Positions 1 to 11,700 of a stretch of DNA of 30,652 nt are shown here, piece by piece (position 1 is the stretch's first letter; every line of letters starts with the position of its first letter). The DNA is from an uncultured virus (IMG/VR IMGVR_UViG_3300047539_000012) (taxonomy: Duplodnaviria; Heunggongvirae; Uroviricota; Caudoviricetes), in IMG/VR virus record IMGVR_UViG_3300047539_000012; one strand, given 5' to 3'. The notes beneath the pieces were generated by a model. It ran no database searches. It saw only the letters and a list, made by a program, of their open reading frames with translations, and was not told the origin of the DNA. A program made the translations under genes and the position numbers.

Positions 1-2321
1 TGGCAAACGAAAAAATTAGTCAACTTACGAACGGGAACCCCGCACAGTCGGGCGACCTCATTCCGATAGATCGTACGGGCGCGAACTTCAGCATTTCAGC
101 GGGCAGCATCGCCGCCCTCGCCTCGTCGTCGGGTGTCACCAGCGTGTCGTTGGGAGCGCCTACTGGCTTTACCATAACAGGCAGTCCAGTCACCAGTAGC
201 GGTACCTTGGCCTTTGTTATGCCCACTGGCTGGGCGACAGGTGCATTGTTGCTGGGGACCGGAGCAGCCTCAGTTGCATCTCTTGGTATTGGCGCAACTG
301 GGAACGTTCTGACTGTAAGCGGCGGCACCGCTATATGGGCGGCACCAGCTACGTCGGGAACCGTAACAACTGTCGGATTCACAGGTGGACTAATCTCCGT
401 AGCAAATCAAACGACTACCCCAGCATTGACTGTGGCCGGTACGAGCGGCGGCATCGTATATTTCTCCAGCGCAAGTACGTGGGCGTCGTCAGCAGTATTA
501 CCTGCTGGGGATTTTGTTCTAGGTGGAGGCGCAGGAGCCGCCCCTACAGCTACGTTCTCTATTGTGCCTATAGCCAATGGGGGCACAGGTACAGGCAGCA
601 CACTTGTAGGATTAGTGCGAGGAAGCGCATTGGCATTCACCGCCGCTGAAATCAGTGGTGATGCTACGACTTCTGGGTCCAATGCATTGACCTTGGCTAC
701 AGTTAATAGCAACGTGGGTTCGTTTACTTATGCCAGCATCACCGTCAACGCTAAGGGGCTAATCACAGCCGCAGCAAGCGGTGCTGCCCCTACCGGAACC
801 GTAACAACTGTCGGATTCACAGGTGGACTAATCTCTGTCGCAAATCAAACGACTACACCCGCACTTACAGTCGCGGGTACGAGCGGTGGGATAGTTTACT
901 TCTCTTCAGCATCCACATGGGCTTCCTCGGCATTGCTTGCAGCAGGCGGGGTAGTACTTGGTGGAGGTGCAGGAACCGCACCAGCTACAAACACACAACT
1001 CGTATTTGGAACCAGCACGTTGACCATAGGGTTAGCTGGCGCAGGCACGGGTATCTTAGCACTAGCTGGGACAACCAGCGGAATCGTTAGTATCACTAGT
1101 CAGGCTGCTGCTGGAACCTACAACTTCAACCTGCCAATTACCGTAGGCTCTGCTGGACAAGTCTTAACGTCCCAAGCTGGCGGCTCTACAGCCATGACTT
1201 GGACTACGCCCACCACGGGAACCGTAACAACTGTCGGGTTCACAGGTGGACTAATCTCCGTAGCAAATCAAACGACTACCCCAGCATTGACTGTGGCCGG
1301 TACGAGCGGTGGGATAGTTTACTTCTCTTCAGCATCCACATGGGCATCCTCGGCATTGCTTGCAGCAGGCGGGGTAGTACTTGGTGGAGGTGCAGGAACC
1401 GCCCCAGCTACAAACACACAACTGACTTTCTCGGGCGCTACGTTAACCGTAGGATTGGCCGGGACTAGCAGCGGCATTCTGGCACTGACGGGCTCCACTA
1501 GCGGCACAGCAACATTCACAGCACCATCCGTGGCTGGCACAATTACCAACCCAATGACCATAAGCAACTCATTGCAGTTGCCAAGCGGTACTGTGTATAG
1601 CATTGGGGGTGACACTGGGTTATCACGTTCATCCGCTGGCGTGTTCTTGGTGGGAAATGGTACGGCTGGAGATTCCTCTGGAGCCATCATAGCCACCACT
1701 CTTAAGTTGCCAAGCGGTCAACTTTCTGTTGGGGTAATCTCGGCAGCAATGGCGGGGGGTAGTGGTGCTGTTGGTGACTTGTCTGTTGCCCGAAGTGCTG
1801 ATACAGGGGCAATTTTCTTCGGTTCTGCGGCAACCATTGCCGCTGGTGCTGGAAGTTTCTGGTACTGGGACGGCACCTACATGAACCTTGGTCCGGGAGC
1901 CCAGCTTAGCTGTGCCGGAGGACCCGGAGTCACGGCTGGACCGTTCACTACCATTACAGGCATACGGACGTATGGCGGAATCGTAATCGCGCTTTCTGGC
2001 ACCTCTGACGAGCGCCTGAAGGACGCGGAGCTATACGAAGGTGGGCTTGGCGCAATCTTAGCCATTTCTCCGGTGCGATACCGATGGAATGCCAAGGGAC
2101 AAGCCCAGACAGGACTGAGCGGAGACCAAGAGTTCGTAGGTTTCATTGCTCAGGATGTACAGAGAGCCATTCCTGAAGCCATTACGGCCACTGAGCCATC
2201 CAAGGACGGAACGGAAACGTACTTGTCACTGGACGACAGACCCATAATTTGTGCTCTTGTGAACGCAATCAAAGAACTCAACGCCCGCATCGTGGCGTTA
2301 GAAGCAAAACTAGGAGTTTAA
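1..2321 (+). CDS. Tail fibre protein with C-terminal intramolecular chaperone (Peptidase S74-type); true start probably one base before the window
   Basis: The frame of ORF 144..2321 is open back to position 3; with the window-initial TG read as (A)TG it gives MANEKISQLTNGNPAQSGDLIPIDR. The body is G/T/A/S-rich and repetitive. The C-terminus has the S74 signature SDERLK...PVRYRWN...GFIAQDV...PEA...LVNAIKELNARIVALE. Confidence 0.9.
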   Translation, partial: ANEKISQLTNGNPAQSGDLIPIDRTGANFSISAGSIAALASSSGVTSVSLGAPTGFTITGSPVTSSGTLAFVMPTGWATGALLLGTGAASVASLGIGATGNVLTVSGGTAIWAAPATSGTVTTVGFTGGLISVANQTTTPALTVAGTSGGIVYFSSASTWASSAVLPAGDFVLGGGAGAAPTATFSIVPIANGGTGTGSTLVGLVRGSALAFTAAEISGDATTSGSNALTLATVNSNVGSFTYASITVNAKGLITAAASGAAPTGTVTTVGFTGGLISVANQTTTPALTVAGTSGGIVYFSSASTWASSALLAAGGVVLGGGAGTAPATNTQLVFGTSTLTIGLAGAGTGILALAGTTSGIVSITSQAAAGTYNFNLPITVGSAGQVLTSQAGGSTAMTWTTPTTGTVTTVGFTGGLISVANQTTTPALTVAGTSGGIVYFSSASTWASSALLAAGGVVLGGGAGTAPATNTQLTFSGATLTVGLAGTSSGILALTGSTSGTATFTAPSVAGTITNPMTISNSLQLPSGTVYSIGGDTGLSRSSAGVFLVGNGTAGDSSGAIIATTLKLPSGQLSVGVISAAMAGGSGAVGDLSVARSADTGAIFFGSAATIAAGAGSFWYWDGTYMNLGPGAQLSCAGGPGVTAGPFTTITGIRTYGGIVIALSGTSDERLKDAELYEGGLGAILAISPVRYRWNAKGQAQTGLSGDQEFVGFIAQDVQRAIPEAITATEPSKDGTETYLSLDDRPIICALVNAIKELNARIVALEAKLGV
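357..1423 (+). repeat. Three internal repeat units in the tail fibre (starts at 357, 795, 1218)
   Basis: GTVTTVGFTGGLISVANQTTTPALTVAGTSGGIVYFSSASTWASSA occurs three times; the copies are also similar at DNA level. Confidence 0.95.
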
Positions 2322-2322
2322 T

Positions 2323-3123
2323 ATGGCGACAATGGCAGTAGGGGCGGGACTAGAAGCGGGTGGAGCTATGATTAACGCGGCGATGAGCCGCCCGTCCGCA
2401 GCGGCACTGGCCATCAATAGTCAGATTCAGGACGTCAGTAGTTTCATGGCTTCTCAAGCCAAGACTGAGGGGCTGGACGCCAGCACGGTTTTCAACAACC
2501 TCATGACTCCGATGCAGCGCATTGTCCAAGCGGGCCCGAATCAGGCCGGTTGGAGCAACCAGCAGTTTGCTGACTGGAACTCCTCGGCCACTCAGAGTGC
2601 TGCAGCCGCAGCCCGTGATATGGGCGGGGTTGGCACAGGCGCTGGCGGCCCGGGGCAGTCTGCTTCTCAAGTCATGGCAGCCCGTCAGAAGGCAGAAGAC
2701 CAGCGGTCTTCTACCATAGCCGCCGGACAACAGATGAGTTACAAACAGGGCGCAGAGAACTTCAAAGATGCCGCAGCCGCAGAGACTAAGTTGCCCTCGG
2801 TATTCGGCACAGCCAATCAAGGTGCGGACATCTCCGCTGACGTATCGGCAGGAGCGGCGAAGTCACAAGCGTCTATCGATGCTGCTAAGAAGGCAGGGTC
2901 ATTTGGCGGTATACTGTCGGCAGGTATGGAAGGCGCAGGCGGGGCTCTTATGGGTGCTGGGGGCGGTGCTGGCGGTGCTGGCGGTGCTGGTGCAGGACTG
3001 GCCAAAGGTTTACAAGGATTCATGAAAGGCAGCGGTGGTAGCAGCCCCCAGAATACAACGGCAACCGCAGGCGAAGGCGGCGACATCGCGGGTGCCGTGC
3101 CCAACGCCGACATGTTCAGTTAA
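2323..3123 (+). CDS. Probable virion ejection/DNA-transfer (pilot-like) protein, 266 aa
   Basis: AGGAG RBS upstream; A/G/Q-rich helical protein with glycine-zipper-like ends; first of three genes of increasing size after the tail gene. Function is inferred from position and composition. Confidence 0.55.
   Translation: MATMAVGAGLEAGGAMINAAMSRPSAAALAINSQIQDVSSFMASQAKTEGLDASTVFNNLMTPMQRIVQAGPNQAGWSNQQFADWNSSATQSAAAAARDMGGVGTGAGGPGQSASQVMAARQKAEDQRSSTIAAGQQMSYKQGAENFKDAAAAETKLPSVFGTANQGADISADVSAGAAKSQASIDAAKKAGSFGGILSAGMEGAGGALMGAGGGAGGAGGAGAGLAKGLQGFMKGSGGSSPQNTTATAGEGGDIAGAVPNADMFS
2962..2988 (+). repeat. (GGCGGTGCT)x3 in-frame tandem repeat (Gly-Gly-Ala)
   Basis: Seen directly in the sequence. 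Confidence 0.9.
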
Positions 3124-3136
3124 TAAGGAGATAACA

Positions 3137-5734
3137 ATGGCGAATCCCTCAGCAGATTCAGTAACGATTCCACAACCTACCGCTCCCGCCCAGACTGGCA
3201 ACGGTAACTTGGTAGACCCCAAAACTCTACAAGCCATTCCACAGCCTGCACAATCGACGGCCCCCGCTGCACCAGAAGCTCATCAGGACTCGTCCCTCAG
3301 TGTGCCCGCAGGTACTCAGGCGACACCTCTTCCGTCGGCAGGCCAATCGGGCCAACCGGGAATCGGCACAGCCTACGATAACGTGGACCGGCGCACTCTC
3401 ACAGAAAAGGCGGCAGGAGTTCAGCCGCCCGCAGCCCCGTCGGGCAGTCCTCAGGCGTCCACTGGACAACCTGTACAGGATAACAACGGGAACCCACAGA
3501 CTAAGAGTGAGTGGTTCCATCACATCATGAAGACTCTGACTCCTACGCAGAGGCTTATCACTACGAATCCCGACGGCACACAGTCGGTGAGTAACAACCC
3601 CGCCTCAGGCTCGTCTATCGGAAAGTTGTTACTCGGGGGTGCCCTTGCGGGCATGATGGCCCCTCCCACATTCCGTCAAGGTGCGTATGGCCCAGTCTAT
3701 GCAGGAAGACAGGGGGCGGGTGCAGGCGAAGCGGTAGGTAAAGAGTGGGCGCAGGGCCCACAGAAGCAGTATGACGAACTGCAGCAGCGCACGGACGACC
3801 GCAAGGCACAGATGCTCAAGAACACCGAGTCTAACACTAAGAACCTCGCCATGTATGCGGCCTACGAGCACAATGAGAAGATGTACGCAGCCGAAGAAGC
3901 TGAACCTTATTCTGGCATGGTACAGTCGGCGGTTGACCAAGATAGTAAGTTGCCCAGCACAGCCCCACAAGAACAGCGAGCTATCGTCAGGCTGGACGCT
4001 CCTTTTACCGACCTCATTAAAGACCCGAACTTTCAGCAGAAGGTTCTGCAGCATATCTTTGTCCCGCACGGATCACAATCGGTATACGACCAGACAACCG
4101 GGCAGATGAAGACTGTCCGGACGTTCACCGTGATGAACCCCAATGTCAAACTACCTTTAACTGAAGATCAGGTGAAGAAATTGAAGATGGTAAATTCCAC
4201 TGTAGGCAAGGCTTGGGATTCCACGAACGGCGACATGAAACTCACTATCGGGAACATGACGGGCGATTTCAATACCATAGCTCAAGCAGATTATGCCGAC
4301 AGCGTGTTCGAGGCAGCCGCCAAGTCCGACGACAAGAAGATTCAGGCCCTGTTCACAGACAAAGACGGCAAGCGGATCGACCCAGCGAGCATCGAGGACA
4401 AGATTCTGAAGACTGCCGCACAGGGGGAGCCCGGTTATCAAGACGCTCGAAAGGCGTTGGACGCAATCGTACACGCACAGGCGGGCAAAGGAAACTTCGC
4501 AGACGTACTGAATCGCATCAACGATCCGGATCATAGACTCGGGGGCGCTAAGATTCTTGAAGCCCTCGGCATCGACCCTATCAAGGCCGCAGACTATGTC
4601 GAAGGCCAGAGAGTGGAAGCCATCAAGCGGGACGCTCTCGCCAAGTCGGGCGGGAACCCAGCTAAGATTCCGGCAGCCCAAGCCCAGATACAAGACATGA
4701 CATCTTCGTTTGTAGCGGCTAGTGACGGTCTCACGGAGGAGCAAGCGGTGGCCTTGAAGAACCAGATTCCCGACCCCGATGAAGACGGCAACATCTCCAT
4801 GAGCCAAGCCATGCTCACGAGCCTGTCTAAGCAGAAGGAAGGGATGATCCAGAAGAACAAGGATCAGGCTACTAGAGATGGTGACCCCGTAGCGATTGCA
4901 CAAGAAGTCAATCTGACTCTAGGTGCTGGTGACTTGACGGGCGTTAAAGACCTATTCCCGGGCAACCGATCTGTGCCCGCAAGAACGGCGTTCAATCTGA
5001 AAGCGGCCAATCTAGCTACCGAGATCGGGTTAAACCCGACGCACTTCACCATCGAAACTATGAAAGAGAAGGCATCAAAGTACGAAGAGTACGCATCCAC
5101 GAAGGGCAATTCCGTCGGTGCCCAACTCAACTCGTTCAACACCTTCTTGGAACACAACAAAGAAGCCGTAGATGCGAGCAACGAGTGGAAACGGACTAAC
5201 TCCGAATTCTGGAACACTCCGTTCAATCAACTTGAGAAGAAGTTCGGGAACGATCCGTCGTTCCAGAAGTTCAAGACATCTCTGGTTGCCCCGGGCAAAG
5301 AGTTCATGAACTTCTTGAACGCCAATCGGGCGGAACATGAAGCAGACATCAAGGCTTCGGCTGACATCCTTGACGTCAACGCTTCACCTTCGAGAATCTA
5401 TGCATCCCTGCAGCAGTTAGCAAAGACCGCAGACGCTCGTGCGGCATCTCTGGGTGACAACTACGTCGGAGTTGTGGGTACGACATATCCACGAATGCTG
5501 AATGAGAATTCCCTGAATGTGATGAAGAACCTCGAAGTAGACTCTAGGGCGGCTGCCTTCAACGGCCAGTTGCCACGCAACCCACAGTTCGCTGCGAACC
5601 CGTCCAAAGGTACTCTTTCTCCTCAGACAGATAAGGCGATACAGAAGCAGTTCGCCGCTGCGGCAGGGTACGATCCCGTTCGAGCAACTGAAATAGCCCG
5701 TGAACACGGCTGGATCATTAACTACTCGAAGTAA
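3137..5734 (+). CDS. Large probable internal virion/ejection protein, 865 aa
   Basis: ATG at 3137 follows TAAGGAG and is preferred to the ORF-track start at 3035, which overlaps the previous gene. P/Q/A-rich disordered N-terminus, short hydrophobic Gly-rich segment (GKLLLGGALAGMM), helical remainder. Confidence 0.65.
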   Translation: MANPSADSVTIPQPTAPAQTGNGNLVDPKTLQAIPQPAQSTAPAAPEAHQDSSLSVPAGTQATPLPSAGQSGQPGIGTAYDNVDRRTLTEKAAGVQPPAAPSGSPQASTGQPVQDNNGNPQTKSEWFHHIMKTLTPTQRLITTNPDGTQSVSNNPASGSSIGKLLLGGALAGMMAPPTFRQGAYGPVYAGRQGAGAGEAVGKEWAQGPQKQYDELQQRTDDRKAQMLKNTESNTKNLAMYAAYEHNEKMYAAEEAEPYSGMVQSAVDQDSKLPSTAPQEQRAIVRLDAPFTDLIKDPNFQQKVLQHIFVPHGSQSVYDQTTGQMKTVRTFTVMNPNVKLPLTEDQVKKLKMVNSTVGKAWDSTNGDMKLTIGNMTGDFNTIAQADYADSVFEAAAKSDDKKIQALFTDKDGKRIDPASIEDKILKTAAQGEPGYQDARKALDAIVHAQAGKGNFADVLNRINDPDHRLGGAKILEALGIDPIKAADYVEGQRVEAIKRDALAKSGGNPAKIPAAQAQIQDMTSSFVAASDGLTEEQAVALKNQIPDPDEDGNISMSQAMLTSLSKQKEGMIQKNKDQATRDGDPVAIAQEVNLTLGAGDLTGVKDLFPGNRSVPARTAFNLKAANLATEIGLNPTHFTIETMKEKASKYEEYASTKGNSVGAQLNSFNTFLEHNKEAVDASNEWKRTNSEFWNTPFNQLEKKFGNDPSFQKFKTSLVAPGKEFMNFLNANRAEHEADIKASADILDVNASPSRIYASLQQLAKTADARAASLGDNYVGVVGTTYPRMLNENSLNVMKNLEVDSRAAAFNGQLPRNPQFAANPSKGTLSPQTDKAIQKQFAAAAGYDPVRATEIAREHGWIINYSK

Positions 5735-5742
5735 GGAGTTCT

Positions 5743-8700
5743 ATGCCCGAAGATACCGTTTCTATGGCAGCATTGCAGAATCCCCAGCCCCCAACCCCCG
5801 CCCCTGCACAGGCGGCCCCGACGACTCCGGAAGCCCCCGCATCACAAACTCCGTCTAATAGTGTATCTATGGCAGAGTTATCGGGGCAGACTGCATTGCC
5901 GACTACGTCTACCGCGTCTATCGCCCCTCCCGCAGACAGCCTACTTGATCGATGGGAAAATGAAGCCAAAACCCAGTTCGATAAGGTAGTCGGACCTTAC
6001 GTCCCAGAGTGGACGATGAAGCCGATGGCTGCTGCAGAGAAGTATGTGCTCCAGCCTTTCGCTCGTTCGAGCAAAGAAGTTGGTAACATCACGGAGAACA
6101 AGGTAAATACGTTTCTCGCGTATGCGGGAGACACCGCCGGACAGATGGAGGGCGACGAATCTAATGTCGCTCACGAGCCGAAGGTATCCAGTTCGTTAAG
6201 AGCAACCCAGATGCGGTTGAAGTACGAGAAGGACAATCCGTGGCTCTCAGGAGCAACGGGTGGTCTGGCGAACATGGCGGGTCAGGTATTAGGCGACCCC
6301 AAAATGTGGCCCTTCTTCTACAAGGGGATAGTCCAGAAGTTAGGCACTATGGCGGCAGCGGACGTGGCTCCGTGGGCTGAGAAACTCATGGCTAAGGGAT
6401 TCGGTGTTACGATGGGCGCGGACGCCGCCGAGCAACTCGATAACCTGACTAAGAACTGGTCTAACATGGATGACCACGATAAGTCAAAGGCGATGGTTCA
6501 ACTCCTCGCCGGAGCTTACATGTCACAAGATCAACTCCGCTCAGGGGGTGCTCCCAAGACTGAGGTTGAAACCCCAGCCCAAGGTAAAGAAACTCAGGGC
6601 ACTACGACCACACAGAATGCAATCGTGCCTAGCGAGCGGACTACTGCGGGCGTAACTGCGGACATTACAGCGGCACAGGCTGAGAAACTGACGGGCGAAA
6701 AGGCAAACATCGCCGCACGCATAGCCCGTGGTGCGGCTGAAAAGGTTGCGAGCCCCTCGGCAGCAGATGAGCAACGTCAGTCCGCTAGGGCACAGGCGAC
6801 CAGCCAGACGATAAGTGCTGTCGGCCAACGTGTGGAAGACCAGATTAACGGCCACATGGCCATCGTTGAGGGCGGGGAGGCACCGCAGGCTATTGCGGGC
6901 ACCGATACTGCGTCTAAGTACGAAGACCCCCACGAAATGTGGCAAGCGATGCAGCAGACGGCTAAGGACACCACCTTCGGAACTGCCGATGATATCTCGA
7001 AGCGGGAGACTGCTCAGTGGCAGGAGGACGTTAAAGCGAACGACGCCAAGAACGAACAGATGGTAACCGACCACAATAAACTTGTGGACAGATACAACGC
7101 AACCCTTGGACCCAATGAACAACCCGAGCCTCACGAGATTTTCAAATCTGAAAACTTCCCGCAACCCGAAAAACCGAAGACTTACAACGAACTGCGAGAC
7201 GCTGTTCAACAGCAGGAGGATTTGATTCGCTCGGGCGACAATGTAACTAGGGCTCAGGCTATCGTGGACTTGGCTAAAGCCCAGAAGGCTATGGACGGAT
7301 GGTTCAAGCAGCACAGCGACGAGATTTCTCCCGCAGAGTATAACTCCGTTCGCAGGTTGTGGGCATCGTCTGAGCGGATAAAGGACATTGCACTCGACCT
7401 TGAGAATCCAATCAAGGCGGGCAACCTGAGTGCGAGCAAACTCATCCAAATTGAAACGAAGATGAATCGTGCCCAGATTAGACGCGGGCAAGCACCAGAG
7501 GCTTTCAGGCGGTTACTTGGCGATGCCGGATACCAGAACTGGCAGAGCATTACCGAACTGTTCAAGGCCGTCAAAGACCCCGACCTACCGAGTCGGATGC
7601 TTAACTGGGCTCAGTACGGTCTGGAATACCTCGGGGCGGCAGCAGCCCCCGTGCTAACTCATCTCGGGATAGGTGGAGGGGCTATCGGAGAGGGCCTTGT
7701 CGGCATTACTGCCAAGGCAGTTGTAGAAAGACTGTCGAATGCTATTCTGTTTGACCCCAACTTCGGAAGCAGTTTTGGCAAGTTAGTCGATTGGATGAAG
7801 GCTCAGGGGGGTCGTGCGTTATCCCTGCAGGACATTCCTAAAGACATAGTCAACAAAGTCGTTGGCATTTACAAGAACTCGAAACTCGGACAGAGTGAGA
7901 CTGGGGCAGTAAGCCGGGATACCGCAGGAGCCCAGAGGGGAAAGTTTAGCCGTCGTGGAGTAGGCGGCCCTAGGAGGCTGGGCGGCGTAGAGCCTGATGT
8001 CTCGCAGGAAGCACCAGCGGCACCCCCAACTCCGCTCGAAGCGTCTGTAGCGGCGACGGAAGCCCAACCGAAGCAGAACCCGTTTGAAGCGGCAGCCGAA
8101 GAGACGGAACGTCGGGCCACCCAGCCACAACCCGCTCAGTCTGCACTTGCGGGAGTGGCCGAAGAAACAGATCGACAGGCAGCCATTAAGCAGGCGAACG
8201 AGGCTCAGGCGTCTGGCGTTCCCGCTGCACAGAATGCCATAGACCCGAACGCACGAGCGGTCACTAATGAAGGACGCCCGCCCAACGAGGCACTGGCAGC
8301 ACTACGAGACAAAGAACTGGCAACTCGCAGGCCGACGGGGAAGGACGCAGAGACAGCGAACACCCCGGATCACACTCGGGGGATGGACGCTATCAACGAG
8401 GCGGATAAGGCGAAGCCGACTACGACTAATGCTCGCGGCGATGTCAAACTAGGGATCAAGGCAACCATAGCCGACAAACTGGCAGACTATCCGAATTCTG
8501 GCGTGTCACTTACAGACAAAGAGCGGGCCAACCCGGACACAGTCATTAAGAAGTACGTCGATCACTTCACAGGCAACCTCACGGATTTGTACAACTCGGT
8601 GCCCGACTCGATCAAGAAGGCAGCGGTCCAGTGGTACGAAACGGCTCACTACTCTGCGAAGCGTATGGCCGATAATTACGGCGTAAGTCACGAGCAGGCG

Positions 8701-11700
8701 GCGGCTGTGATTGCGTCTCTGTCTCCGCATAACTTTTGGGATAACAACGTAGGCTTGGCCGATAGGTTCATCAAACACTGGACAGAAGCCAAGAATCACA
8801 TGTGGGACCCGAAGATGGACGAAGCCGTAGACAGGGTTCAGGCTGTCCAGAACAAAAAGATTACGAAGGAAGAAGCCACCCCCGGCAAGGTTGCCAGTAA
8901 GGTGTTCTTGAACATACTCGGAGACATCCGTGGAAAGAGTTATGCCGAACTGGAACCGTTCGCTAAAGCACAGGGCATGGACACGAACGGTTTGCGTAGA
9001 CTGCAGAGTCAGTGGCTCCGTATGTATGATGAAGCACACGGCAACCCCCGCACGCCTTTGTACTCCCCTGATGGTTCACTTCGTGGAACTACGACACGCA
9101 TTCACGTTCCATATGACGTGGAAGCGAAGACGCTGGAACTTCTAGAGGGCGGCAACGACACCCAGCATATTCACGACGTCATGGGCAATGGACAGAAGAT
9201 TCGCAACTTCTATAACAACATCATCAACCCGTGGTCAGATAAAGGACACGTCACGATTGACACGCACGCTGTTGGTGCCGCTTGGGGCAAGCCCGTCTCG
9301 GGCAAAGACCAGACTGTGATGGACAACTTCGGGGGGAACCCGGGTTACAACAAGATGGGGATGAAAGGCCTGTACCCTGTCTACGAGGAAGCGTATCGTC
9401 AGGCCGCACAGAAACTCGGAATCCAACCACGAGAATTGCAGTCAGTGACATGGGAAGCCATCCGGTCGCTTATCGACGAGGCCGACAAGAAGAAACCCGG
9501 ATTCCGTAAGGACATGGATGACATCTGGAAGGACGTCGAAAATAAGAAGCACGACCGGGCAACTGGAATGCAGAAGGTAATCGCACGTGCAGGCGGCTAT
9601 ACGAAGCCCGACTGGGTCCATCAACAAGATTGGGACGCGGACAAGAGCCGCCCAGACTACAAACCCCCGGTGAATCCGCCTACAAACCCGGAGACTCCGG
9701 TAAACCCTAACGGCCCCATTAGCAAAGTGGGCGGCCAGCAGAATAAGACGGTGAACCCTGATAAACCTTATGCCGAATGGACACAAGAAGAAAAAAATCA
9801 CGACTGGGCCAACAGGAACAAATTACCAATTGACGAAAGAAATCGAGTACGTCTATACCACTCTGCGCCGGAAGAGACCGCCAAAATAATAGCAAAAGAT
9901 GGCCTGAGGGGTGGCTCTTTTCTTACGGATGACAAAGCCACGGCCATGCAACAGGCGGGGCGTGACCGAGGATTGAAAGCGGGGGAACTTGCTGTATTTG
10001 AAGCGTGGGTTCCGCTAGGTTCATTCCACGGAGGAACGTGGGCGCAGACGATTGGGCATCTTTCCGCTGACACGTTGAGTTTACGGTTAGACCCGACACA
10101 GGTTGACGGCCCCACTTTGGATGGCTTGGTTAAGACCAAGGCGGAAGTTAGCAAAGTGGGCGGCCAGCAGAATCAGACTGTGAACCCTGTTACCAAGACG
10201 CCCGAGTTCAAGAACTGGTTCGGCAAGTCGAAGGTCACAGACGCCAAGGGCAACCCTCAGGTTGTCTATCACGGAACTACGCACGACTTCCAAGAGTTTA
10301 AGCCAGAGCGGGGCAACGCCGACAGTGCCTATGGACCGGGCTATTACTTCAGCAGCAATCCGACAGATGCAAGTGGGAACTATGCAGGCGAAGGCCCGGA
10401 CCTAACAAATCGTATCGAGAATCTCACCGAACAAATCATCCAAGATAACTATGATTCAGGTGACCGTGCGATAACGAAGGCCGCAGCAAGGGCTCAAGCC
10501 ACAAAACAACTGTCAGGCAACAAGCCTAATGTCATGCCCACCTACGTCAAGATGGAGAACCCAGTGAAGATTTCGCCTAAGGGCGGGACCGAGTTCGAGT
10601 TTAATATGGATGAAGACGGGAATGAGTCGGGTAACGGGATAGACTTGTATAACGCTATTCATGAAGTCGCTGGCCGTTACGAAGACGCCGACGGTCAGAC
10701 CTTCGAGGGCGATAGGACGTGTCAAAAGATATCAGAGAAACTTGGGCCTGAGTTCTCTGCGTATCAGTTCGACAGGGCTTTCAAAGAAGTCTTGTCTGAC
10801 CAAGATATATACAGCCCCGGCGAAGCCCTGAGTAAGGTGTTTAAGGAAGCGGGATTCGACGGCATTCAGCAAGATGCGTGGTCGGAGTTCGGTAAGGGTG
10901 GCCCGAGTCACCCGAAGTACGGCGGGATGGCTAACATGAAACAGGGCACGACCCACTACGTCGTATTCGACCCGACACAGATTAAGAGCGCGACGGGCAA
11001 CAGCGGTGCGTTCGACCCCAAGAACCCGAGCATCGCAAACCAGACAGTCAAGATCGGAGAAGGCGAGACTCATTTGACTGGCGACGTAAACATGAGGGAG
11101 ATGCCCGATAAAGAATCGAAGTGGGTAGGTATGCCAAGGCCTCCAATCAGAAAGGTTCACGGTAGAATACCTGCTCCACAACTGAATGACATGGTGGATT
11201 GGTATCGTGCCAACGCCACACCAGAACAGCGGATGGTGGCAACCGCTCACGAGATAGCACATGAGCACCTTCAGAAAGTCAATGGTATTTCGATGGAGGG
11301 TAGCAGCATATCCCTCGGACACGCAAGAATACCCGGCAATTACAAGGACCTTTCGGGGGCTTACCTCGATACGGGGAAGGGGATTGACGCCGCGTATCAG
11401 GCTGCCCATGTTGATAAACTCGCTGGCAACAGAGCACCCATGCTGAAGTTCCTGTCGGACTATTCGACGCAGATGATGGGTGGACGGGCTATCGAAGAGA
11501 TGCTGAACGTGCCTGCCAAAGAAGTTAAGGTACATGCCAAAGGAGATGTCAATGATGTAAAGGCTATCCTCGCCAATCAGGGTATGCATTCGCTCCTTAT
11601 GGACAACTACCTCGACGCCGCCACAGAACGGGCGAAGTTCATCCTGCAAGAAGACTGGCCTAAGATTCAGCACATGGTTGCACAGGCCGTTCAGCACTAC

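Noticed and set aside
357..1423. Tail-fibre repeats as a DGR template/variable pair or a CRISPR array
   Set aside because: The copies are in-frame coding repeats with mostly synonymous, non-adenine-specific differences; there is no reverse transcriptase, spacer structure or cas gene in the window.
3035..3136. ORF-track start for the 899-aa protein
   Set aside because: It overlaps the previous gene; the ATG at 3137 has a strong TAAGGAG RBS.
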